Of a stretch of DNA of 28,095 nt, positions 1-9,232 are shown piece by piece. Numbering within the stretch: the stretch's first letter is position 1; every line of letters begins with the position of its first letter. The notes below the pieces were generated by a model. The model saw only the letters and a list, made by a program, of their open reading frames with translations. It was not told the origin of the DNA and made no database searches. A program made the position numbers and the translations under genes. Source of the DNA: a virus (taxonomy: Duplodnaviria; Caudoviricetes); the IMG/VR virus record IMGVR_UViG_3300027707_001651, positions 1 to 28,095 of that record; one strand, written 5' to 3'.

Positions 1-317
1 AGGTTTTTCCCACTTGTGGCTATTGGGTCGTAGGACAGAAAACCCTCTGCCACCATGGTTAGTTCATCAATCCCCCAGAACTGGCGAAGGGCTAGGCAAA
101 TCTTTGCAGACTTATCAAAGCGATCATAGAGATCCAAGTTCATGAGGTCGTAGTCCATTTGGGCCATAACGGCTAATTCGTTGTGTTTCCAGCCAAAGAA
201 GGTGAAGGGCAGATCCTCGCCAATACCGGCTTCCTTGACCCTCTTCATCTTTGTATGTCTGTACGAGGTGGTCAAAAGAGCCATTTTCTTGGCATCGTCC
301 CCGTACTCGTCTTCCAT
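1..317 (-). CDS. hypothetical protein, 3'-truncated by the window edge
   Basis: Manual translation from the ATG at 317: MEDEYGDDAKKMALLTTSYRHTKMKRVKEAGIGEDLPFTFFGWKHNEL...GFLSYDPIATSGKN. It stays open to position 1, has protein-like composition and diverges from the 380 gene. Not in the ORF track. Confidence 0.65.
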   Translation of the reverse strand, partial: MEDEYGDDAKKMALLTTSYRHTKMKRVKEAGIGEDLPFTFFGWKHNELAVMAQMDYDLMNLDLYDRFDKSAKICLALRQFWGIDELTMVAEGFLSYDPIATSGKN

Positions 318-379
318 ACGACGAAGCTAGCGCATGGAGGTGCGCCACAGAGAAAGGTGCTTATGTAGAATGACCGTTT

Positions 380-607
380 ATGACAAACAAAAAACCAACC
401 AAGAACAAAACTGCCGCTAAGCCTCAGGCCAAAAAGCCTGTTGCAAAGAAAGCAGTAGAAGCAAAAACCCCGAAAACAGAAACAGTGAACATTCGAATAG
501 AGACACACGAAGCAGGACATGCTCACGCTGTCGCTGCTGCCACAAGCAGTGCGCCTACTCCAAAAAAGAAAAGTCTTTGGAGAAGAATCTTCGGTTTCGG
601 TTTCTAA
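380..607 (+). CDS. small Lys/Ala-rich basic protein
   Basis: 75 aa ORF with histone-like KKPVAKK composition and an amphipathic C-terminus (LWRRIFGFGF); co-oriented with the downstream genes. Confidence 0.6.
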   Translation: MTNKKPTKNKTAAKPQAKKPVAKKAVEAKTPKTETVNIRIETHEAGHAHAVAAATSSAPTPKKKSLWRRIFGFGF

Positions 608-633
608 CACCAAATACACTCTAAACTGAGTGT

Positions 634-1653
634 ATGAAACTAAATGTTGCTTACTCGGATCGGATGCTTCCGTGGCACCGGCTTGGCACACCCGTACCCC
701 ATGGGGCAACAGTAGAGCAAATGCTGGATGCTGCATCGTGTAATTACGATGTTTTCACAACCAATGTTGCCGCCGTGGATGCAAACGGAAACATGTTGTT
801 TGATTCATTCGGTAAGCCGATAATCATTGAGGACTCTCGCGCTACCGTTCGCTCCAATTCTGATGGCTCGTTCAAAGGCATATCAACAGTGGGGACACGG
901 TATGTCGTTCAGCAAAATCGGGAAGTTCTAGATCGTGCTGTATCTGTTGCGAAAATAATGAACAGTCAACGACCAGATCAAGACGTCCGAGTTGATGCCT
1001 GTGGAACCATCGGTGGGGGCAGGGAGTTCTTTGCAACCATTCACTTGGGTTCAAGCATTGTTGATCCAACCGGAATAGCCGACAAACTTGATGAATATCT
1101 AATTGTCAGAAACGGTCACGACGGAAAAACTCCAATAACTTTTGTAAACACACCCATCCGTGCTGTCTGTAAAAATGCCGTGCTGATAGCGGTCAATGAG
1201 GCAACGAAGAAAGTGACTGCCCGTCACACCAAGAATGCTGACACCGTGGTAAACGACGGAATGGAGGTCGCCAAACAGTGGTTGAGTCTTTCCAAGAGAA
1301 CCAAGATCATCGCCGAAAAGATGGTCACGATAGAAGTCCAAAACAATGATGTTGTAGCAGATGCCGCACATCAAATACTTTTCCGAACAACTGGCAAGAA
1401 AAGTCAGAAACATCTTGACCTGGCCGTTGATTCAATTGTTGGACTCTACGGAAGCAATAGAAATTCGGCCCGTTTTGGTAGAAATGGTTGGTCTCTTTAC
1501 AATTCTATTATTGAATACCTAGATCACGAGAGGGAAGCCGACCCAGCCGATAGAGCAGAAACAACCATGGATTCAACATCTTGGGTCAGTAAAAAGAAAC
1601 TTGTAGCAGCCGAATACGTGCTTGCACTGCCTACCGACAAATATGTGGGATGA
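634..1653 (+). CDS. DUF932 family phage/plasmid protein
   Basis: 339 aa. PWHRLG, YVVQQN, NGHDG, PIRAVCKN and RHTKN motifs are characteristic of the DUF932 family. Confidence 0.85.
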   Translation: MKLNVAYSDRMLPWHRLGTPVPHGATVEQMLDAASCNYDVFTTNVAAVDANGNMLFDSFGKPIIIEDSRATVRSNSDGSFKGISTVGTRYVVQQNREVLDRAVSVAKIMNSQRPDQDVRVDACGTIGGGREFFATIHLGSSIVDPTGIADKLDEYLIVRNGHDGKTPITFVNTPIRAVCKNAVLIAVNEATKKVTARHTKNADTVVNDGMEVAKQWLSLSKRTKIIAEKMVTIEVQNNDVVADAAHQILFRTTGKKSQKHLDLAVDSIVGLYGSNRNSARFGRNGWSLYNSIIEYLDHEREADPADRAETTMDSTSWVSKKKLVAAEYVLALPTDKYVG

Positions 1654-1681
1654 TGTACATGTCGAAAGAAATGGGGTCGGT

Positions 1682-2095
1682 ATGTCAGCAGAAAAAGACG
1701 GCGAAGCAGGCGAATTCCAGCACGACTCCGTGTTTGACTACCTTGCCGAAGCGATGGATGGCGAGTCACTTCTGGCCTTTGAATACCGCAAGGATGTGTG
1801 TTTGCTTTTAGCAGGCAAAATCAAAACAGAGTTTGGCATTGAGGGATTATGCGAACTCATTTCTGGTATAGACACCACTGCTGGCTGGATTAGTGACATT
1901 TTGCTTGAATCAAGCGACATTGATGATGTCCTGTTTGAAGAGCACGGTATATATGTAGAGGAATCAATCAACCTGGCTAAAAAAACCACAGCCATGAAAA
2001 AGTTTCAGAAATCTTTGTGGGCATCAAGAAGAAGGTATGCCAAAATGATGGCTGATGAGATTTATGCAAACTCTATTAGTAAAAAAGTTGACTAA
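1682..2095 (+). CDS. hypothetical acidic protein
   Basis: ORF 1622..2095 in the track. The ATG at 1682 was chosen to avoid overlap with DUF932; the start is uncertain. Confidence 0.65.
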   Translation: MSAEKDGEAGEFQHDSVFDYLAEAMDGESLLAFEYRKDVCLLLAGKIKTEFGIEGLCELISGIDTTAGWISDILLESSDIDDVLFEEHGIYVEESINLAKKTTAMKKFQKSLWASRRRYAKMMADEIYANSISKKVD

Positions 2096-2126
2096 AAAAC
2101 CGACCACGAAAAAACAAATCTAACTG

Positions 2127-2519
2127 ATGACCACCAAAAGGGCCACTGCCCCCAAGATGGCAGTTATTCGCGTTGACAGAATTGGTGGATGGGGTGCTGT
2201 GAACTACCATCATTCACTTGAATGCTCGCACACCGAGGTTCGTAGAAGATGCGCAAACGTCGGAGATCGCATTGCTTGCGTGAGATGTCAAGAGGTATTG
2301 GAGCGACGGGCGGCGTTAGCGGGTGTAGCACCCACAAACCAAATCTCCAACACAGATGAGTCTATTGCAGCAGAAATGACACAAGAATCGCGCATAAAAG
2401 CCAACATCGCATCAATGCTTGGTATTCCAGCAGACACCATAGAGGTCGCACTTGCCCCAACTCGTCAAATCGTAATTTTTCTTTCCCCGCAGGAGGTGAC
2501 TAGACTTTCGGGAACTTAG
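2127..2519 (+). CDS. hypothetical protein with a putative Zn-binding motif
   Basis: 130 aa with LECSH...CVRC; sits in operon context before whiB. Confidence 0.65.
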   Translation: MTTKRATAPKMAVIRVDRIGGWGAVNYHHSLECSHTEVRRRCANVGDRIACVRCQEVLERRAALAGVAPTNQISNTDESIAAEMTQESRIKANIASMLGIPADTIEVALAPTRQIVIFLSPQEVTRLSGT

Positions 2520-2529
2520 AGGGGGAAAA

Positions 2530-2823
2530 ATGTTTGAAGCAGCAGCATGTGCCGGACAACCAACCAACTGGTGGTTTCCAGAAAGAGCTGGCAAGACGAA
2601 TGTAGAAATGCGTTTGATTTTTGCCAATACAAAAAAGGCTATTTCAATTTGTAAGACTTGTGAGAGCGTCGGCGAGTGTTTGCAGTACTCAGTTGATAAT
2701 CACGAAACTGGTATCTGGGGTGGCATGGGTGAAAAGTCGCGCAAGCGGGCGCGAAGAATGTTGCTCAACGGCAAACCAATGAATGTTGTTCTTTGGGAAC
2801 TGAATGGAATTGATATACCGTGA
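2530..2823 (+). CDS. whiB: WhiB family Fe-S transcriptional regulator
   Basis: Four Cys (AAC...WWFP, AISICKTCESVGEC) plus the GIWGG turn and a basic C-terminus. Purine-rich SD-like AGAGGGGG upstream. Confidence 0.92.
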   Translation: MFEAAACAGQPTNWWFPERAGKTNVEMRLIFANTKKAISICKTCESVGECLQYSVDNHETGIWGGMGEKSRKRARRMLLNGKPMNVVLWELNGIDIP

Positions 2824-4496
2824 TACCCGTAACGGATCTTCTAACTCGTCTTGAGGGCGTAAAGGGCGGGAATGGACAATGGAGTGCTCGTTGTCCGTGT
2901 CGGAATGACGACAACAACCCATCTCTCTCAATTGCTGAGGAAAATGGGCGAATCCTTATGCATTGCCACCGAGGCGATGGGTGCGATGTGTTCAAAATAT
3001 GCGAAAGCATGGGGGTGAAAGTTTCTGACATCATGCCCGTTGACCCCACGCCACAGAAAAGTGGTTTAACTCTCGTAGCCACCTACGACTACATAAGTCA
3101 AGACGGCGAAATCCTGTTCCAAAAAGTTAGATACCTAGATGAGGCTGGTAAAAAAACCTTCCGTCAACGTCGCCCAAAGAGTGGTGGTGGCTGGGAATAC
3201 GATCTCAATGGAATACCGAAAATTCTTTACAATCTTCCTGCCGTTCTCGCTGCAAAAGAAAACAAAATTCCAATACTCGTCGTCGAGGGTGAAAAAGATG
3301 TAGACACTTTGTCTCAGCTTGGGATTACAGCAACGACCATGCCCGGTGGTGCTGGCAAGTGGCTTGACATACACACTGAGGCACTCGCAGGTGCGACCGT
3401 AGACGTTATTGCCGACAACGATCAAGTTGGTAGGGAACATGCCGCAAAAGTAACCCAAGCACTACTGGATGCTGGATGCGATGTGGCTGCATTTGTTTGC
3501 CCTTCGGCGAAAGACATAACCGACCACATTCGTGCTGGTGGAAAAGTTACCGAACTCATTCCCCTTGACGGATCTCCCGTAGTGCTGGAGAGGGATAGTC
3601 GAGACGATGCGATTGATGCAATTGCCGACTTGCTTGGCAGTGACGCAAAGTCTGCCGAGAAGTTGGTTCGGATAAGAATGATTGCAAACGGCTCTGCTGC
3701 CGACATGCCTTTAGATCAAGGACGGCTTGTTTTTTTGCCAGAGTTCGTAAGGGAAAAAGATGACAATAATTACGAGTGGGTAATCCCTGGACTTCTTGAG
3801 AGAAGTGAACGAGTTATTATTGTCGCCGCCGAGGGAGTGGGAAAGACCATGCTGGCCAGGCAGGTATCAATTCTTTCTGCATGCGGTTTACACCCTTTCT
3901 CCTTTCAGCCAATAAAACCCATTCGCACACTGTTCGTTGACCTTGAGAACCCCGAGCGAATAATCAAGAGAATATCTAGAAAGATATTTGAAGAGGCATT
4001 AAAGGTAAGCAGAATGACCGAGGAACCGCAGGCTCACTTGTTCATGAAGCCAGCAGGTTTGGATTTACTCAAAGCTGGCGACAGGGCTCTCTTGGAAAAA
4101 CGCCTCGAAGAAACTAAACCCGATTTGATATGTATAGGACCGTTGTATAAATCGTTTGTTGACCCTGGTGGCAGAACATCAGAAGCAGTTGCTATTGAGA
4201 TAGCCAAATACCTTGACGACATACGCACTGCCTACAAGTGTGCACTCTGGATTGAACACCATGCCCCACTAGGAAGCACGATGGCAACCCGCGATTTGCG
4301 ACCATTTGGTTCCGCAGTTTGGTCAAGGTGGCCAGAGTTTGGTTTAGCTCTCCATCCAACAATGGGTGGTGCTTACCAATACGACGTCAAGCACTTCAGG
4401 GGAGCCAGAGATGAGAGACCATGGCCTTCAGTTATTGCTCGTGGTCGGCAGTTCCCGTTTGACACAATCTCCTTCATTGAGGTCGCCTCGCACTGA
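2820..4496 (+). CDS. DNA primase-helicase (Zn finger + TOPRIM + RecA-like AAA_25/SF4-type helicase)
   Basis: CPCRNDDNNPSL...HCH Zn-binding region, TOPRIM motifs VVEGEKD and ADND, Walker A AAEGVGKT. The GTG start overlaps the whiB stop (GTGA). Confidence 0.9.
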   Translation: MIPVTDLLTRLEGVKGGNGQWSARCPCRNDDNNPSLSIAEENGRILMHCHRGDGCDVFKICESMGVKVSDIMPVDPTPQKSGLTLVATYDYISQDGEILFQKVRYLDEAGKKTFRQRRPKSGGGWEYDLNGIPKILYNLPAVLAAKENKIPILVVEGEKDVDTLSQLGITATTMPGGAGKWLDIHTEALAGATVDVIADNDQVGREHAAKVTQALLDAGCDVAAFVCPSAKDITDHIRAGGKVTELIPLDGSPVVLERDSRDDAIDAIADLLGSDAKSAEKLVRIRMIANGSAADMPLDQGRLVFLPEFVREKDDNNYEWVIPGLLERSERVIIVAAEGVGKTMLARQVSILSACGLHPFSFQPIKPIRTLFVDLENPERIIKRISRKIFEEALKVSRMTEEPQAHLFMKPAGLDLLKAGDRALLEKRLEETKPDLICIGPLYKSFVDPGGRTSEAVAIEIAKYLDDIRTAYKCALWIEHHAPLGSTMATRDLRPFGSAVWSRWPEFGLALHPTMGGAYQYDVKHFRGARDERPWPSVIARGRQFPFDTISFIEVASH

Positions 4497-4525
4497 AATG
4501 GTGTTGACTGTGCCAACATAGACAT

Positions 4526-5161
4526 ATGGAAATCACCAAACCAATGAACCGCGAATTACTTGCAGAGCGCGATGCTCGCATTTTTGCTCTCAAGAAGGCT
4601 GGAGTGTCCAGTCGAGAGATAGCCAAGCGATTTGACATGACAACTTCGGCAATCAGCAAAGCCATTCAGCGACAACTCGAAAAACTCAATCAAGAGAGTC
4701 GTCTGAATTATGTTGAAGTACTCAGGATGGAGCTGGAGAGGCTTGACGCACTTCAAGCATCAATATGGCCGATGACCCAAAACAGAAAACAAGCCAATCC
4801 AGACGGATCTGAGATTGCGATTGAGCCAGACCTCAAGGCTGTCCAGCAGGTATTGTCTGTCATGGACAGACGGGCAAAGCTATTGGGAATGGATCGCATG
4901 AGCGTGAATGTGAGCCTTGGTGACTCGTCATCGGTTGCAGGGCAGGTAAAAGTCGCACTCGCTGGATCGGAAAAAACTGCCTCTGAGATTGACCTTCACT
5001 CGCCAGAGCAGGATGCCAAGCGACTCATAGCATTGATGATTAAAGCAGGAATACTACCGATGGAGGAGCTTACTGCTATAGCATTGAGCAGCGGGGTGAT
5101 TATAGATGCAGAAGAAGTTGTGGACACAACCATCGGAGGGGACGGAACAAGCGATGAATGA
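4526..5161 (+). CDS. HTH DNA-binding protein, possibly terminase small subunit-like
   Basis: N-terminal HTH (GVSSREIAKRFDMTTSAISKAI) followed by ELERLDALQ...RRAKLLG, a pattern common in actinophage HTH/TerS-like proteins. Function is inferred. Confidence 0.65.
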   Translation: MEITKPMNRELLAERDARIFALKKAGVSSREIAKRFDMTTSAISKAIQRQLEKLNQESRLNYVEVLRMELERLDALQASIWPMTQNRKQANPDGSEIAIEPDLKAVQQVLSVMDRRAKLLGMDRMSVNVSLGDSSSVAGQVKVALAGSEKTASEIDLHSPEQDAKRLIALMIKAGILPMEELTAIALSSGVIIDAEEVVDTTIGGDGTSDE

Positions 5162-5471
5162 GGTCGTATCTGAAATGACCGACATGAACATTAGGCCAGT
5201 TATGCCGACCGACGACGAGCCAGGTGGTCCAGCAGACAAGCAACTAATGGTTCGGTGTACTCAACCAGAAAAAGATTTGTGGAAGCAAGCAGCAGATGCC
5301 TGCACTGAAACATTGGCATCATATGTTCGCAGGGTGCTAAACGAAAATGCCCAAAAAGCAATCTCTTGTTCTCACCCTAAACAGTTTGTCAAATTTTACC
5401 CATGGGGAAACCCGCAGTTCTTTTGTGTCCTGTGCAACATGAGAATAGACATGAGCCAAATAGGTGAGTAA
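5154..5471 (+). CDS. hypothetical protein, RHH-like N-part plus CxH/CxxC Zn ribbon
   Basis: The ATG at 5154 overlaps the upstream stop. QLMVRCTQPEKDLWKQAA...LASYVRRVL is ribbon-helix-helix-like; CSH...CVLC follows. Confidence 0.6.
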   Translation: MNEVVSEMTDMNIRPVMPTDDEPGGPADKQLMVRCTQPEKDLWKQAADACTETLASYVRRVLNENAQKAISCSHPKQFVKFYPWGNPQFFCVLCNMRIDMSQIGE

Positions 5472-5552
5472 ATAGACTTCTAAATACTTTGCGTGATGTG
5501 TAAAGAGTGAAGGTGCTTGACCAGCTACCTGCCGTGGGCTAATGTTTGGTTT

Positions 5553-7721
5553 ATGAAAGTTCTCAGTCTTTTTTCCGGCGTGGGTGGATTCGACATGGGC
5601 CTCGAGGCGGCGGGTTTTGAAACGATATTCCAATGCGAGTGGGACAAACATTGTACGAGAGTACTAAATAAGCATTGGCCGCATGTTCCGAAGTGGGGCG
5701 ATGTTTCCACCTTGACTGGGGCGCACGTTATTGCACAAGCAGGTCCACCAGATGTCGTTGCATGGGGGTCTCCGTGCCAGGACCTCTCCGTTGCTGGCAA
5801 GCGCGCTGGACTCGCTGGTGCCAAATCGGGTTTGTTTCACGACGGCATACGCATCATCAAAGAAATAAGGGAGCTAACAAATGGTCAATATCCAAGATTC
5901 TCTATTTGGGAAAACGTCCCAGGAGCACTGTCTTCCAACGGAGGCGCTGACTTCGGGGTTGTCCTCGACGAAATGGCTGAGGCAGGGGCACTGGAGCTTG
6001 AGTGGTCAGTCCTGGATGCTCAATTCTTCGGAGTCGCCCAGCGCCGAAGAAGAATCTTCCTGCTTGCTGTCTTCAGTCCTTCAGACGCCACAAGAAGTAG
6101 AGGCAAAATTTTTCCTGTCGCCGAAGGCGTGCCAAGGAATACTAAGGCGCGCGGCAAGAAGGGGCAAGGTGTTGCCACCACAGTTACAGGAAGCACTCCA
6201 TCAGGTAGCGATAAAGGGAGAGCAACCGCATTCCAGCCAGGAATGATGATTCGGGCCTCAGGTGGCACATGGGATGAGCAGGCACCAACACTTCGTGCCG
6301 AATCCAAGAGCGGAGATAATTCTCCTCATGTCATGCACCCATTTGTGAAATCTAGGCATGCAAAAGATTCCGAGGATTATGAAACATGGGTGGACGGAGT
6401 AGTTTCCCCAACCCTGAACACATTTGAAAACCACAGCGACACTAGAGCGACGGTGACGGTGGTTCAACAAGACACAGTGAATGATGTTGCGGCAACAATC
6501 ACTGCGAACTACAGAAAACACATAACCAATGCAATGGCAGAAGAGGGAAACCTCGTTCCGGTGACGGTAATTGATCGGGCCGCGTTCAATCAAGGACCGA
6601 ATGCCAAGTACGACACAATCATAAGAGAGGACACAGCTATCCCTGCTCTCGTTGCTCGTGGTCCGCATGCCGTAGGGCAGCAACTCAGCGATGAAGAAGA
6701 AATTGTTTTCCATGCACACAGACAAGACGGAGTTCGCTTACAGGAAAATGGAACAGTGAATACACTGACTGCCTTTATGGGCACTGGTGGACTTAATACG
6801 CCGATGGTGGCGCAAAATGGGAGACCAGCAACTGGACTTGAGCCGGGTGCGATGTCACGACTTGAATCGCCTCACTACTGGGAGGAGATGTCCCCAACAC
6901 TGCGAGCACAAATGGGCGACAATCAAGCCGCTGTTGCTTTACCGATTGAAGTGGGCGAGTGGTGGAATGGCTCTCAGGTCGCAGATGTTCTGACAGCAAC
7001 ATCCGATGATCAGCGCATGCCCGACAAACAAAGATTCCAAGCTGTTCTCCAAGCAGTCCCAATTCAAGATGGACGAGAAATAGAAAAGAATCAGAATGGT
7101 ATGGGTGTCGGGGAATCTGGCGATGCTTCCTACACCATTGATACAACTGGTGCTCAATCGGTTGCCTATTCGGTGCGAGAAGATGCAATCGCAGACACAT
7201 TCAGTGCCACTCCAGTTGACGTTGCCAACTCCGTAACGGCGTTACAGCCCTCACCGCAGTCGCACCACGCACAAACCTTTATAACTCAGCCGACAGATGA
7301 ACCCATGTATTCATTTGACACTCAATTCGGAAGCAATGCAGCCGTGTTTGAAGGTCAATCACCGACACTCAAATCAACCCAAGCCCCAGCAAGTGTGGCT
7401 TACCAGTACGACGGCTACAACCAAAAACTTGAAGTCGGTGACGGCATATATAGGTCACTCAGGGTCGGCAGAGATCCAAGCGATTTCGTTATGCAGGAAA
7501 GAGCAATGATTATCAGGCGCCTAACACCCCTGGAATGCGAAAGATTAATGGGATGGCCAGATAATCACACCAGATACGATGCCGAAGACAAATTGATGCC
7601 CGATACCCAGAGATACAAAATGTGCGGGAATGGTGTTGCTTCACCCGTAGCCAAATGGGTGGCAGAACAGATCAAAAAGGTCTACCTAGGACAGCAGCCA
7701 GAAAATCTAGGGAGTGTCTGA
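5553..7721 (+). CDS. C5-cytosine DNA methyltransferase with a greatly expanded variable region
   Basis: Motif I LFSGVGG, motif IV GSPCQD, motif VI WENV, motif VIII QRRRR, and C-terminal RRLTPLECERLMGWPD and GNGV. The ATG at 5553 fits the motif I position (track start 5517). Confidence 0.95.
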   Translation: MKVLSLFSGVGGFDMGLEAAGFETIFQCEWDKHCTRVLNKHWPHVPKWGDVSTLTGAHVIAQAGPPDVVAWGSPCQDLSVAGKRAGLAGAKSGLFHDGIRIIKEIRELTNGQYPRFSIWENVPGALSSNGGADFGVVLDEMAEAGALELEWSVLDAQFFGVAQRRRRIFLLAVFSPSDATRSRGKIFPVAEGVPRNTKARGKKGQGVATTVTGSTPSGSDKGRATAFQPGMMIRASGGTWDEQAPTLRAESKSGDNSPHVMHPFVKSRHAKDSEDYETWVDGVVSPTLNTFENHSDTRATVTVVQQDTVNDVAATITANYRKHITNAMAEEGNLVPVTVIDRAAFNQGPNAKYDTIIREDTAIPALVARGPHAVGQQLSDEEEIVFHAHRQDGVRLQENGTVNTLTAFMGTGGLNTPMVAQNGRPATGLEPGAMSRLESPHYWEEMSPTLRAQMGDNQAAVALPIEVGEWWNGSQVADVLTATSDDQRMPDKQRFQAVLQAVPIQDGREIEKNQNGMGVGESGDASYTIDTTGAQSVAYSVREDAIADTFSATPVDVANSVTALQPSPQSHHAQTFITQPTDEPMYSFDTQFGSNAAVFEGQSPTLKSTQAPASVAYQYDGYNQKLEVGDGIYRSLRVGRDPSDFVMQERAMIIRRLTPLECERLMGWPDNHTRYDAEDKLMPDTQRYKMCGNGVASPVAKWVAEQIKKVYLGQQPENLGSV
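5881..6246 (+). CDS. alternative-frame ORF overprinted inside the C5 MTase (possible beta-subunit-like polypeptide)
   Basis: 121 aa in a different + frame, with a GGAG SD upstream (AAGGGAGCTAACAAATG). It ends LSSVLQ...FFLSPKACQGILRRAARRGKVLPPQLQEAL, which I recognise as recurring in ORFs nested in C5 MTase genes. Confidence 0.6.
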   Translation: MVNIQDSLFGKTSQEHCLPTEALTSGLSSTKWLRQGHWSLSGQSWMLNSSESPSAEEESSCLLSSVLQTPQEVEAKFFLSPKACQGILRRAARRGKVLPPQLQEALHQVAIKGEQPHSSQE

Positions 7722-8108
7722 ACGAACCTCGGTGGTGGATCCTTCTTGGGTTCCTCCTGCGATGGGGTTGACTGCCCCGTCAAGGATTGTTCCTCCGAGT
7801 TCCCCTCCTCCAATGTTGAGGGTGTCGGCGTATTCGTCATAGTTCCATTGTCTCACACCATGGTGTCTTTCAATTAAGTCCAATACAGCCGCATTCGGAG
7901 TGCCACCCCTACCTATTTTCTCTGCTTCCTCTGAACCCCAAAATTCGACTGCGTCCCCATCATCGCCAAACATGTATTCGGAGTACCCCTCGGACCACAT
8001 CCAGCCTGCTTCTGCATTTGGTACGGCATGCCAATCGCCACCCTCATAGACCCCTGAATAACGCGACTGAACGACCATTATCGGGTAAAACTCTATTAGC
8101 TGGCTCAT
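7707..8108 (-). CDS. hypothetical protein
   Basis: 133 aa ORF (SRYSGVYEGGDW..., GRGGTPNAA) convergent with the MTase; it fills the intergenic gap. Confidence 0.7.
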   Translation of the reverse strand: MSQLIEFYPIMVVQSRYSGVYEGGDWHAVPNAEAGWMWSEGYSEYMFGDDGDAVEFWGSEEAEKIGRGGTPNAAVLDLIERHHGVRQWNYDEYADTLNIGGGELGGTILDGAVNPIAGGTQEGSTTEVRSDTP

Positions 8109-8164
8109 GAAACTATTCTACACAGGTTCCTTGGATATGCCAAGGGAAATGTATCATTGAGGGA

Positions 8165-8320
8165 ATGGTCTTACCAAAAAACTTTGATAACCCCGATGAA
8201 GCATTTGCCCTTGCTAAGGCTTATGCGAAATACAGAGAACAACGGGTTCTCGGTGTGAATCGGAAAATTCAGGACGGACTCAAGGAAGATACGGAGAAGG
8301 AAAATGACACGACCAAGTGA
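8165..8320 (+). CDS. small hypothetical protein (51 aa)
   Basis: Manual translation MVLPKNFDNPDEAFALAKAYAKYREQRVLGVNRKIQDGLKEDTEKENDTTK*. GAGGG lies upstream and the ORF overlaps the next start. Confidence 0.5.
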   Translation: MVLPKNFDNPDEAFALAKAYAKYREQRVLGVNRKIQDGLKEDTEKENDTTK

Positions 8321-9203
8321 CGAGAGCGGAAGTGACGCCGCAAAGTGGTGGAACGAAAAGAGTCAAGAAGATCTTGACAAACTCGAATTCCTTCAAAAAG
8401 AAATGATGCGCGCCATGCGCGATAAAAACAAAATGGTACCCGGCGATGACGAAGAGGACATGGGTCCTCCAGACTTGCCAGAAGACGATGACGAAGACAT
8501 GGGTCCACCAGATATGCCAGAAGACGACGAAGACGGCGAATACGACGAAGACGAAATGGCACTTGAACCAACCGATCGAGAAATGGACATGCAGGATCGT
8601 ATGGCCTCTCGACGAGACATGGCAAGACGACGACCAAAGGCTCGTGGTCGTGCCGCAGGAATGATGAAATCGGGTGCTCCACGAGATGTAATGAGTAAAG
8701 CACTTAGGGCAGAAATGGAACTCAAGAGAGCGTTCTCACCAGAGAAGCGTCGTGACCTCGCACAACAAGGCATGGCACTTCCAGACGGATCGTTCCCAAT
8801 CGTTACATCAACTGACCTCAAAAATGCAATCATGGCTTTTGGTAGAGCGAAGAATAAGAGTGCTGCAAAGCGCCACATCATTAAGCGAGCAAGGGCACTC
8901 AAGAAAGTAAACCTGATTCCAGAAAACTGGGCTACGAAAGATGCCAAGGGTCATGGAATGTCTATGGGTCCAATGAGTGACCCAATGATGCCGATGCCAA
9001 AGAAAAAGAAAAAGATGCGCTACGGCGAAAAAGAAGCAGACATGGCAGAGATGGAAGATGACGAAATGACGTCACCAATGAGCCGTGAAGAACTGATGGC
9101 AAGAATTTTCAAGAAAAAGAAAAAGAAGCCAGGCATGCACAAAATGCCTGACGGCTCCATGATGGCAGACGAAGATATGCCAGAAGACGAAGCCGAATAC
9201 TAA
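8304..9203 (+). CDS. Met/Asp/Glu/Lys-rich low-complexity protein with one small conserved phage domain (DUF6582-like; possibly head-associated)
   Basis: 299 aa. Repeats DDEDMGPPD(L/M)PE and a globular stretch ALPDGSFPIVTSTDLKNAIMAFGRAKNKSAAKRHIIKRARAL...IPENW. SD GGAGAAGG. The family name is recalled, not verified. Confidence 0.75.
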   Translation: MTRPSDESGSDAAKWWNEKSQEDLDKLEFLQKEMMRAMRDKNKMVPGDDEEDMGPPDLPEDDDEDMGPPDMPEDDEDGEYDEDEMALEPTDREMDMQDRMASRRDMARRRPKARGRAAGMMKSGAPRDVMSKALRAEMELKRAFSPEKRRDLAQQGMALPDGSFPIVTSTDLKNAIMAFGRAKNKSAAKRHIIKRARALKKVNLIPENWATKDAKGHGMSMGPMSDPMMPMPKKKKKMRYGEKEADMAEMEDDEMTSPMSREELMARIFKKKKKKPGMHKMPDGSMMADEDMPEDEAEY

Positions 9204-9232
9204 AAATAGTTTAGGTTTTTCTGGGGGTTTAA

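Noticed and set aside
272-736. 154 aa Cys/Phe-rich minus-strand ORF
   Set aside because: It is the antisense shadow of the Lys-rich 380..607 gene and the DUF932 start.
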